DNA of 62,916 nt, filler included, from Nemertoderma westbladi (Eukaryota > Animalia > Xenacoelomorpha): assembly GCA_032718475.1 (NCBI GenBank). It is 3 parts of 3 records of this genome, joined end to end, with 100 filler letters (N's around TTAATTAATTAA, not from the genome) between each part and the next. Parts side by side here need not be neighbours in the genome. Positions count along the whole stretch, not along the records: positions 1 to 19,389 come from JAUCBJ010006591.1; 2 more parts are not named here. The stretch is one strand, 5' to 3'. This document shows, piece by piece, positions 1-11,392 of the stretch. The notes beneath the pieces are model-generated. The model had not been told where the DNA came from. It saw nothing but the letters and a program-made list of their open reading frames with translations, and made no database searches. The stretch's first letter is position 1, and each line of letters starts with the position of its first letter. The position numbers and the translations under genes are program-made.

Positions 1-1245
1 ATGAGTGATGCATTCAGTTTGTAAATAACAGAAGTCCATTTCAGTTCGCTCTTACACGCTTTAGCTGCCATTTGTAAACCTACTAATTAGGACTCTAAGT
101 CAATTATGACATTTTTAGTTTTACACTATCCTTCATTAGCCTCATTGCGCTCGTCCTGTTTTGTCTCAAAATAATTTTCCTAAACGCAGACTGCCGACCT
201 TTATAACTATGCAAAGTCTCGAAACTGCGAGTAACTACTGATTTACGTCAGATGGATACACTTATCCACTGCAGAACTCGTTGCGTTCGTCCTGTACACC
301 CTAAGTCACAAAATATACCTTACATCATTCTATTATGATGTAGCATCCAATATTATTAAACCAGGTGGTTTATGAGTATAGTGAACGCAATTAATACTCG
401 TCTCCTTCAATAGCCACGTTGCGCTCGTCCTAAAGGTCTCACGCAGATTATAGGGGGTCCTACTTGGAAAACTACTAAACTTTTGCTTAACAACGTGTGT
501 GCCAACTTTGGTTAGATTTCATCAAGGATTGGCTGATTTATTAAGATTTAAAATAGTCAGATCTACAGAAACACCCATTGAGATTGTGGTAAACCCGTAA
601 ACCCATCGGCCATCATGATAAGCTCGCTTATTTTCGTGGCTCGCCCCACATTAAACTGCCTTGATTAAAAAATCCATGTTCAGGCGGCACTCGCAATTAA
701 AGAAGCGTTGCATATATATAGGAATGAAGGAAGGTCCCAACTATATGTCGATTTATTTCTTGTTTTTAATTCTGCAAGGGATCCGTCCATAACTAACCAG
801 TAGCGCCTAATATGATAGCTAGTAATTTTGATTTTGTGTTAGCTAGTAGTCCCTACTTTTTATTAGTTAGTGAATAATTTAAAATTAAGAAATTGAAAAA
901 ATTTTGATTGATTTTTTTTATTGTGAAAAAGCTTATATCGTGATGTTTTTGTTCTAGAACAAATATCTGACCTTCTGATCTGACAATAAAGATGGTAGCT
1001 AGAAATTTTGATTTTGTATATATTTGCTAGTACTTTTTATTAGCTAGTAAAAAAAATTAAAATTGAAAATTTGAATTCGAATAAAATTGGTAGGCATGGG
1101 CAGCATTGAATGGGCTGTCCAGGATTTGGAAGCCACATAGGATTCGTCGTAAACTTAATGTTCTACTAATTGAGCAACAGTATAGCAACAGTAATTGAGC
1201 AACTCCTCCTATGAATCCATGCTGGGCTCTAACTGCTGAGGGTAA
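1..1245 (+). repeat. Copy 1 of a ~1.2-kb local segmental duplication (partner 5448..6640); probably continues left of the window
   Basis: Colinear near-identity with 5448..6640 from ATGAGTGATGCATTCAG to CTGCTGAGRGTAA, with only small indels. Confidence 0.92.
130..650 (-). mobile_element. Non-autonomous DNA element fragment ending in the terminus TTCGTGGCTCGCCCCACA, with diverged ~137-bp internal repeats (second copy at ~5550..6067)
   Basis: The same 18-nt terminus ends both arms of the 43060..45962 element. TTGCGYTCGTCC recurs at ~145, ~281 and ~419. Confidence 0.6.
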
Positions 1246-2196
1246 TCTCTGGAGCAATAGGCTGCCACTGGAGAGCCAAAGGCTCGACAGAGTCTTATTA
1301 GGTATAAATAATGCAGCCTATTTAATGAAACATAGGAAACTAACATAAATCCCCACATAAAACCTCATAAGACTATGATTCTAGGCCAGTGCTGGGAAGT
1401 AGGCACTTTGCTTTGATCTTTTTTAGGTGGATCTTTAAAGGATTTTTCCAGGAGAACGGCGAAAGCTAGAACGATTCTGTTTGCGCGATCTTATAGATGG
1501 CCCGAGCGCGCACAGCAGAGAAATATTTGGCAAAAATATATTAATTAATTAATTAGTAATTAGCGATTAAAGATTTCTAATTGATTTTTCTCGAAAAGTA
1601 TTTGGTTTTTCCCCTAGCAACGGTGTTTTTTTTTGTTCATCTCGGTAAGATCTAAAAAAAGTTCAGTCATCGCTATGGCCCTCCTATTACTGTTAATTAG
1701 TACTAATTAGCCGAAAACTAATTAGCGTCGTAACTCGAAAACACTAAGAGCTATGAAAAAACGTAACATCACAAAGTTGTTCGGAATTTTATTCTACACA
1801 AAAAAGTCTATGGCGCCGATGCCGTATCTCCTACCGTTAATTAGTAATTAACTAATTACTTAATTACCTAATTGGCGGGGGGGCTTTGCCCCCCCGTCCC
1901 CCAAATCCTTATTCACAAGGTGTATCAAAGCTGTTTACTATTTTACAAATTATAATTACTCTAAAATCTTTTGAATCGAACTAATTAACGATTTTACTAA
2001 TTAGAAAAGTTCCCCAAATTAATTAATAATTTATCCAATCCGGCTGCAATTATTAATACAGCTGATTCATCAGCCTGGTTTGATGAACTTGATGAAATCA
2101 TACAGTCAGTAGTTGCTGTATGCCATTACTGACTAAAACTATATACCAAACACCTCTTGCCGGCCCTCCCAGTCTGTAGTGAGCACCGGTGCAGGC

Positions 2197-2351
2197 ATGG
2201 TAGGCCTACATGTAGGGCATATATAGTGGAGGTTCTTTTGGCAGATAGGCCTAGTCAAAACGTTACATCAGATGCCGTATTTTAGTCAAAACGTACCCTA
2301 TCTTCATATCGTTGAGTATTGTGAATACATGAATATCCAAGTACTCCTGTA
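2197..2351 (+). repeat. ~155-bp dispersed direct repeat, copy 1
   Basis: ATGGTAGGCCTACATGTAGGGCA...CAAGTACTYCTGTA recurs at 3837..3996. Confidence 0.85.
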
Positions 2352-2789
2352 CTTAGTATACCGATCTGATCAAGTGCTCATGTACAGTAACTGGCTGACA
2401 GTTACCCTTAGTTTGTAGGCTATAGATGATTGACATTTCTAGCAATGTTCTTAACGTAGGCATGTTACTGGAAGTTATTAATACCATGGTTTACCCCAAA
2501 AAACTAAAATTACCCAAATCGCACCAAATCAAAATAAATCTTATAACAGCAACACTGGCTATCTGACGATATGGATTAGATCAATGTAGCGGATATTGAC
2601 CATTGAAGGGCTTCTTATGCATGCAAAGGAAAATATGATCAGACTCAAATCACACAGTCAGACCTGATCTTTTGCTGATCAAATACCGGTAGGTGACTTT
2701 GCTGATATGCAGTAACATTTTACGGTACAATTTGATGCGAAAATGTTTTGGCCAGTACTCTGAACCTTCCATTGGGGTCTCAGGTCACG

Positions 2790-3310
2790 CGCGTACCGTG
2801 GTCACTGTATCTGGCACCTGATTGGCTCAAATATTCAAACGCTGAAAACTTACCTAGGCCTTGACAATTAGTGATAAGATTTTATGGGAATATGTTTTGA
2901 ATATGCGTTGAGGTCCCAAGTCACCCACATACCGTCTGACCGTGGTCATCAGATACGGCGCCTGATTGGCTAATGCTTTGAACGACGATAACTCGAGTTT
3001 GCTTCACTTTGGGATGAAGTTTGAAAGCTAAGAATATTCTCTGGAGTATGCCCTAACTCACTGACGATGTTTTATACTGTAGGTGTTGGATTGTCGGGTT
3101 TTGCTACGTGGTCTATGATTGGTTAATTTTTTGAAAGGCTATATCTCAAGAAGTATTCACTTTGGAATGATGAAGTTTATTTTAAAATGTTCTCTAGAGT
3201 GTTTCCGATCGTACTAAAGACATCCAATTGCTGTATGACTACCGGTTTCACGCTTTTGATTGTTTGAATATGCATGAAAATTTTGCATATAATATATCAA
3301 GAAGAATTAA
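2790..3310. repeat. Diverged ~145-165-bp tandem units containing CCAAT-like (TGATTGG) cores, probably the interior of a non-autonomous element
   Basis: CGTGGTC...TGATTGG...ATAWCTC pattern at ~2797, ~2941 and ~3107. Confidence 0.5.
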
Positions 3311-3836
3311 TTTTTGCACAAGGAAATAATACTTACAATGCTCTCTGACATGTCTGGTGTATTTTAAAATCACTGGGGTTGACCAATTGTAATTGGAATA
3401 CACCTTCATGGGTTTTCTTTGTGATTTTAGAGCTTTAAAAGTTCAATATTACATTTTTTATTAAATAATTATTTTTGTGTTATTTGTTAATATGAGTATA
3501 TTTCTGTATTTGCTGGTATTATATTTTGGGTGTTTTCTTTTGTTATTAGTTTTGGTATTAATTATTTTTTATTAATCCAGGGAATATCCTTATTAACTCT
3601 GGGTCCTCACTCGTTAATTCAGGGACCACCCTCGATAGCTCTGGGTCCACCCTCGTTAATTCAGAACCACCTTTGTCAATTCAACAAATTTGAATAATTT
3701 TTTTTTATTAGGTTTTCCAAGGTGCTGAATTAATTGATTGAAAATGGTTTTAAATGGCCTGCTTTTATTGTAATTCCATTTCGTGTGATGTGTTTCGTGC
3801 CACAAATTTTTGAAGTATAAATAATAATTTAATAAT

Positions 3837-3996
3837 ATGGTAGGCCTACATGTAGGGCAGATATAGTGGAGGTTCTTTTGGCAGATAGGCCTAGTCAAAA
3901 CGTTACATCAGATGCAGAATTTTAGTCAAAACGTACCCTATCTTCATATATGGTAGTTGAATATTGTGAATACAGGAATACCCAAGTACTTCTGTA
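3837..3996 (+). repeat. ~155-bp dispersed direct repeat, copy 2
   Basis: Matches 2197..2351. Confidence 0.85.
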
Positions 3997-5447
3997 GGCC
4001 TACTAATGTACATGCGCAAGTAATATAAATTGGGGGGGTCTATGCGCCTGTCGATTTATACGAATCGACAGGCGCAACAAAAGTATTTGGAATATTATGC
4101 CCATGTATACTAATATATGTAAGCCTTCAAGTATAAACAAAACTTACCTTAACAAAATCAAGGTAGGCATTTGTTATTTTCCATCAGCAACATGGGCTTT
4201 AACTTTTAACTTTACATGGGATTAATAATACTGTAATATTCTAGAACAATACCACATGGCCAACGCCGTCGGCCATGCGCTCGCACGGCGCAAATGCTCC
4301 ATTTGCGCTCTCCACCTGGATGGCACATTCACAAGCTTGCTACGTCGGGTTCACTGTGTCAAGTACACGTCCCTTTCTTTCATTACAAAACCCAGTATCC
4401 CAGTATGATTTATAGTTATCAATTAATTTATTGGCCTCAATACAATAACTTATTGGTATGGAGATGTAGATATACTTTGTGGATTGTTCAATTTTTAATA
4501 ATTCTATCCACCACATCACAGCATCACACATGGCGGTGTTATGTTTCAATATTTCAATAATATAGGCCTATGGGTTACACACAAGGTGTGTGGTACATAA
4601 ATAAATACTCTACTTATTATTAATAACCTAAATAATTAATTGTATTTACTGTAACAGTAACAATGGCACTGCCAACATATTTATATGTTTGATGTGTATA
4701 TCGTGTATTTTAAATTTATTTATTGTCCAACCTGTTGTAATGCATTGTATCATATTAATTAAATAATTAAAAATAAAGATAAAGATATTAATAATTACAA
4801 TTATATATTTTAGTCAAAGGCGCTGCCTACTGATTCCTGAGTATAAAATAATGACGGATACGGGGGGGGGGGGGGGGGGGACAAGCAAAACCCGCCTTGG
4901 CGAATTAATATCCCGCCTCAATGTTAAATTCGCAATTTAGGGAAAGGAGCAGGTTACAGTGGCACGATATTTTAACCAAAACACACTAGACACAATAGAA
5001 CAGATTACAGTTTTATTTTTGGGAGTAATCAGCTGTTATTTGCGTCCAATTTCCCCTGGAGAGGGATGAATTTTTATTGCGTCCAGTTTCCCCCCTATCT
5101 GGCTCAATGTGAATTAATTACGTGTTCTGGATCATAAGAATTGAACTTTCTTTATTATTCAGCGAACGTCAAGCCAATTTAGGCCATTGCCGAGAGTACA
5201 AGACTCTTCAATAATGACCTACGACAATAACGAACCGTTTTGCCAAATTAGAAACCTCAAATAAAAATATACTACAGGTATAGAAGAAAAAGTCAAACAA
5301 AAAATAAATATGATCCATATTCAATATTCATAGCAGATGGGGATATAAACGCAAATAAACGGGGCCTTCGCGCAGCACGAGAGCCTATATAAGAAAGTGT
5401 ACTAATCTCTATTAGATATATGAAATCCGTCTTTACAAATATTATCA

Positions 5448-6640
5448 ATGAGTGATGCATTCAGTTCGCTCTTACACGCTTTATCAGCCATTTGTAAACC
5501 TACTAATTAGGACTCTAAGTCAATTATGACATTTTTAGTTTTGCACTCTCCTTCATTAGCCTCATTGCGCTCGTCCTGTTTTTGTCTCAAAATAATTTTC
5601 CTAAACGCAGACTGCCGACCTTTATAACTATGCAAAGTCTCGAAACTGCGAGTAACTACTGATTTACGGCAGATGGATACTGTTATCCACTGCAGAACTC
5701 GTTGCGTTCGTCCTGTACACCCTAATTCACAAAATATACCTTACATCATTCTATTATAGCATCCAATATTATTAAACCAGGTGGTTTATGAGTATAGTGA
5801 ACACAATTAATACTCGTATCCTTCAATAGCCTCGTTGCGCTCGTCCTAAAGGTCTCACGCAGATTATAGGGGGTCCTACTTGGGAAAACGACTAAACTTT
5901 TGCTTAACAACGTGTGTGCCAACTTTGGTTAGATTTCATCAAGGATTGGCTGATTTATTAACATTTAAAATAGTCAGATCTACAGAAACACCCATTGAGA
6001 TTGTGGTAAACCCGTAAACCCATCGGCCATCATGATAAGCTCGCTTATTTTCGTGGCTCGCCCCACATTAAACTGCCTTGATTAAAAAATCCATGTTCAG
6101 GCGGCACTCGCAATTAAAGAAGCGTTGCATATATATAGGAAGGAAGGAAGGTCCCAACTATATGTCGATTTATTTCTTGTTTTTAATTCTGCAAGGGATC
6201 CGTCCATAACTAACCAGTAGCGCCTAATATGATAGCTAGTAATTTTGATTTTGTGTTAGCTAGTAGTCCCTACTTTTTATTAGCTAGTGAATAATTTAAA
6301 ATTAAGAAATTGAAAAATTTTGATTGATTTTTTTTATTGTGAAAAAGCTTATATCGTGATGTTTTTGTTCTAGAACAAATATCTGACCTGATCCGACAAT
6401 AAAGATGGTAGCTAGTAATTCTGATTTTGTATATTTGCTAGTACTTTTTATTAGCTAGTAAAAAATTAAAAATTTGAATTCGAATAAAATTGGTAGGCAT
6501 GGGCAGCATTGAATGGGCTGTCCAGGATTTGGAAGCCACATAGGATTCGTCGTAAACTTAATGTTCTACTAATTGAGCAACAGTAGAACCCGTACTCATA
6601 TAGGAATCCATGCTGGGCTCCAATAACTGCTGAGAGTAAG
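5448..6640 (+). repeat. Copy 2 of the ~1.2-kb local segmental duplication
   Basis: Colinear with 1..1245; the spurious ORFs 1057..1257 and 6466..6648 share the same peptide. Confidence 0.92.
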
Positions 6641-6965
6641 GAGATCAAATCTCTGGATTCACAAGAATGCTACGTCGGGTTCATTATGTCAAGTACACGT
6701 CCCTTTCATTGCAAAACCCAGTATCCCCAAATTGTTCATTTTGAGAAAAACGCAAAAGACTTTGAACCTTCTGCGATTGATGATCAAAGCTATGAAAAGA
6801 ACCCAAAATTTGTCAGAACCAAGGGAAACCATTGGTTAATTTACAGTAGCCAGCCAATAAAAAACAGGAATTTATTTACCAGAATTAATTATTACTCATG
6901 ATATCTCATAACTATGGTGGCACTGAAGGGCCACTTAGGTAATATTTTTTCATATTTTGCTTGAA

Positions 6966-7475
6966 ACGAATATTAAGACCAAAAAAGGTCTTAATATTCG
7001 TATTACGAACTTTAAGACCAAATAAAAGGTCTTAAACTTCGTATTACGAACTTTAAGACCAAATAAAAGGTCTTAATTTTCGTATTACGAAGTTTAAGAC
7101 CATAAAAGGTCTTAAACTTCGTATTACGAACTTTAAGACCAAAAAAGTCTTAAACTTCGTATTACGAACTTTAAGACTAAATAAAAGGTCTTAATTTTCG
7201 TATTACGAACTTTAAGACAAAAAAAGTCTTTTAAGACTAAATAAAAGGTCTTAATTTTCGTATTACGAAGTTTAAGACCATAAAAGGTCTTAAACTTCGT
7301 ATTACGAACTTTAAGACCAAAAAAGTCTTAAACTTCGTATTACGAACTTTAAGACTAAATAAAAGGTCTTAATTTTCGTATTACGAACTTTAAGACAAAA
7401 AAAGTCTTAAACTTCGTATTACGAACTTTAAGACCAAAAAAATCTTAAACTTCGTATTACGAACTTTAAGACCAA
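6966..7475 (+). repeat. Subterminal ~36-41-bp tandem array with internal palindromes (inverted array at ~9388..9523)
   Basis: Repeated TTCGTATTACGAACTTTAAGACCAAA(T)AAAAGGTCTTAA units. Confidence 0.9.
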
Positions 7476-7480
7476 GTCAC

Positions 7481-7684
7481 TTGCCCTTGCCAGTCACTGG
7501 TGAAGAACTAAGTTCCTTAGCAGAAGAATTTACTAAACCATTCTATGATCACGGTTGTTCTACAGACTTCATTCAGTTGCTTGAGACACTATTTGGTGAT
7601 GGAAACTGCCCTAGACCTCCAAAATCTCTCAATCAGGCTATTGATTTGTACTTGAAATTAAACGAAATATTGAAACCATTTTAA
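7481..7684 (+). pseudogene. C-terminal remnant of the element's transposase (integrase-core protein)
   Basis: GCSTDFIQLLETLF...PPKSLNQAIDLYLKL* resembles the C-terminus of integrase-core proteins that sit beside G2E3-like HECT genes. It begins abruptly at the end of the subterminal array, implying a deletion. Confidence 0.55.
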
Positions 7685-7874
7685 AGGTACGTTAACCCTA
7701 TCTGGCCCATTTCATTTATCATATTTGCACTACTTGTGTGTATTTATCATATTTGCACTACATGTATATAGTATGTTCAATACAGTAATAGTCTATCTCA
7801 ATCCAGCTCTTTATCAGAATATTCGGCATTCATTCTAGATATGACATTAGTACAGTATGTATATTGACTATTTA

Positions 7875-8775
7875 TTACATTATATCAAATGATAAGTTGT
7901 CAATATGAGACAGAATAGAATCAAATTCTCCCCTGAGTTGATGATATAATTTGTAGCTATGAGGCAACTCCAACACTGTACCACAAGTACGTGCTACAGG
8001 ACGCCGTGCAAACCCATCTAGGGAAACGAATGAGACTATTATTTCCACAACCGTTATGACATCAGAACCCGTAATAAAACGGAGCAGCTTCTTTAATCCA
8101 CTCTCATCCTTCGATTTCACATACTACATTAGAAACCGGAAAGCTCTACACTCCGCCTCACTTGTTGGGTTGACATTGTCAAAAAGTGGTACTATATTTG
8201 CCACTGTTGCTTTCTTTGAAGCATATAAATGCAGAATTGAATTAACAGTCGGAAACATTTCCAGGAAATAGTTACGAGCAATGAGTGATATATTTTCGAG
8301 GGCATATTTAGGCTCCTGGATCAACTTCTTGGACTATTAAGGGTCGATAATTCCCATCCGAGGGTAAAACAGATTGATAACCGAATCGATCCAATATATC
8401 GAGTAATTCATCTCTAGTATCATCGGGTAGTGTCAGAGGGAGCAGATCTCAATCAAAGACTGCAGACTCATAGGTGGACAAATATGGTGAAAAAGATGTT
8501 AATATTATATCTTCATTGAGAGCAGACTCTCCATAGACCAAAGCAATAAAACATGCCGGTGCCATCATAATTGGGAAAACTTTACAGTCCTTGTAGCCTT
8601 TAACGAGGATCCTTCCTAAACTCTGCCATTCGCCTTATTTGTAGTTCCGGCATGAGTGCAGGAACTCTATAGGTTTCTCCATCAGCACAGCTCTCAAAAA
8701 AACGTTGCCAAAATAGTGTATATGCTTCACGTGAAACTCCATAAAAATCTTCTCCCATTTCATTGACAATTTCCT
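7875..8775 (-). pseudogene. Decayed HECT-domain E3 ubiquitin ligase (G2E3-like), transposon cargo
   Basis: N-lobe EMGEDFYGVSREAYTLFW...WQSLGRILVKGY and C-lobe LKKLLRFITGSD...RRPVARTCGTVLELPHSY with the catalytic Cys; broken by frameshifts and stops. Confidence 0.85.
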
Positions 8776-10083
8776 AAATCCCCACATCCCACGAAACTGC
8801 CGGAAGTATCAAACCCAAACCGCGAAGGAGCACGGACATTCTCTCTTGGCCTCAGTTGATAATTGGGAACCGTAATGGAATTCTCAACATTTTCTGGAGG
8901 TTCTAGGTTTATCATCGGAACTTCCGGGCTTATCATCAGGGCTTCTTGAATTTGAGCTGGAAGTACTCATAACCAATCCACATTCCACAATGTACTGCTG
9001 TACTGAGTAACTGAGAGTAGTAATACAATTTAAATAGGCCTAGACCAGTAGACCTGTAGACTGCTGACGTGTATAAGATAAGGTGCTTGCTCCTTGCTGC
9101 TTGTTTCTGTGCAGTGAGCAGTGGCAGTTGTAGCTGTGAAGCTTTCACTGCAGATGTTAACTGATTTGTGACTCAGTGATGTTGGATGTGTACAATCAAT
9201 TAATTTCGGCACACATACTGTAGGCCTAGACCTACCATGTACATGATCATATGTATCTATCAATCTCTGACTCTAGTCAAAACAGTACCGCAAGGCCATG
9301 GCACTGCAGTTCCACAGTGACATGTTTGACAGCACCTGTTTGAATTTCCCTCTACTAAATTCAGAAACTTACCCAATCCAAATTTTCGGTCTTAAAGTTC
9401 GTAATACGAAGTTTAAGACCTTTTATTTGGTCTTAAAGTTCGTATTACGAAGTTTAAGACCTTTTATTTGGTCTTAAAGTTCGTAATATGAAAATTAAGA
9501 CCTTTTTTGGTCTTAATATTCGTTTCAAGCAAAATATAAAATAATATTACCTAAGTGGCCCTTCAGTGCCACCATACATAACTCATTGATATTGGGTTTT
9601 GATATGAAACTTTTTGGAGATACTCACTGGGTTTTGGTAATAAAGTTTTTGGAAATATTGAGCTTTGGATTTATGCCAAAACCTAGTATCTCAAAAAAAC
9701 TTCTCCAAAAACCTTTTTGGTAAACCTTCGTTTCAATTAATCCTTTTAAAGCCTTTTATTACCAATTATTATTATCGAACCTTTTTAAGACATTGTTCAT
9801 CCATGCAAGTTATTGTTATCCCTTCGGTACGTACATGATGCACCCCCGCAAGGTGTTGTTTTCCCTTTGGTACATGATGCACACCTACGAAGTTAGGACA
9901 ATTCCGATCCATTCAAAGGGTCTAATGAAATTTTCATAGGTCGGAATGTCCGGGTCGGAATTGTGCTAATGTCGGAATTGTCCGTACACCCACGCCCACG
10001 TGAAATATATTACATGAATTTAGATGTTGTTGTGGTATATACAGTATATATAACATAAGAAAGAAACTGTGTTTTTAATTATA

Positions 10084-11013
10084 CCATGTCCTGGAATATA
10101 GTGTCGTTATTCTGGTACATGGACCCCCCCCCCCCCCAAATTTTTCTACATATATTAATGAGATACTGTAGCATGAAATTTGAAACAGAGTTAGTTTCAT
10201 CTCCCACCTCCTTAGTGGGTGAGCCAGAATTTTTATTTTCGCTTTCATTCTTTAGCTACAAAAAGAGTGTTTAAAAAAAGTGTCTCCGTCGATATTGCAC
10301 CAGTTACACCGCAGTTATTCTTCAAACTTTTAGTGATTTTTTGGTACTATTGGAAAGCTGACCGTGCAAGGATTCCTAATATGTAAAAATATTTGAATTT
10401 GGTTGGGAAATAGCTGAGATATGGGCCTTCGAAATTTGCATGTATTAGCTTCCACTGCAGGCCATTTTTTTCTATTAAATAAATACACAATGTTCTAGAA
10501 CATTTGGTTTATCTCATAAGTAGCTTGGCAACAATGCAATGCCTAAATGACAATACAAGTATATGGATAGGATATTCATACGTCATAATCCTAATGTTCT
10601 AGAACATTGTGTATTTATTAAATAGAATAAAATACCCCCGTGCGGAAGCAAAAACATGTAACTTTCTAGCGCCCGTATCTCAGCTATTTCCCAACCAAAC
10701 TCAAATGTTTTTGCATTTTTGGAATCCTTGCACGACTAGCTTTAAATTAGTACCAACAAATCACTAAATGTTTGAAGAATAACTGCGGTGTAACTGGTGC
10801 AATATCGCCGGAGACACCTTTTTCAAACGCTTGTAGCTAAAGAATGAAAGCAAAAATAAAAATTCTGGCTCACCCAGTCACTGATCGGGAGGTGAAACTA
10901 TCTCTGTTTCAAATTTCATGCAATCTCATTTTAAGATTTGTAGAAAAATTAGGGGGGGGGGGGGGGGGTGTGTCACTGAATTACGACACTATATCCTGGG
11001 ACATGACATGGTG
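10084..11013. mobile_element. MITE family A (Tc1/mariner-like, TA-flanked, long imperfect TIRs)
   Basis: Termini (CA)CCATGTCCTGG...GGACATG(ACATG)GTG|TA. The arms are inverted over ~400 bp, with poly-C/poly-G near each end. Confidence 0.85.
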
Positions 11014-11392
11014 TAGATTTGTAAAAGAATATAGAAATACAGTTTTCTATTATGAACTATTTCACTCACTATTATTATTAATTTTCTTTCACTAGTTTTA
11101 GTGATATAAAGACTTTATTTTCATATTATATTATCAATATCAAGGTGTTATGACTTGAAACCAACTCCTACAACCAATGCATCACTTATTCTGCATCCGA
11201 TTTATATTACAGTTTTATATTTTTCAGTTTTCAGGAGAACCACTGCAAATAACACAAGTTTTGATACAAAAATCCTTAATTTAGGACTAAATTTTCATTT
11301 TAACTTATATTTTCTTGACTTTACTTTTCCTTAGCTTCGTGGTTGCATAGCCTTTAGGTATCCTTACTATCCTACCCTAGTATATAAATAAC

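Larger units (their letters stand above)
6913..9576. mobile_element. Internally deleted IS3EU-like DNA transposon with TIRs, 6-bp TSD and subterminal repeats
   Basis: TIR TATGGTGGCACTGAAGGGCCACTTAGGTAATATT... at 6913 is inverted at the right end (...GTGCCACCATA, 9576). CATAAC flanks both sides (6907..6912 and 9577..9582). TAY..RTA termini with a 6-bp TSD fit the IS3EU superfamily as I recall it. Contains convergent transposase-like and HECT remnants. Confidence 0.85.
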
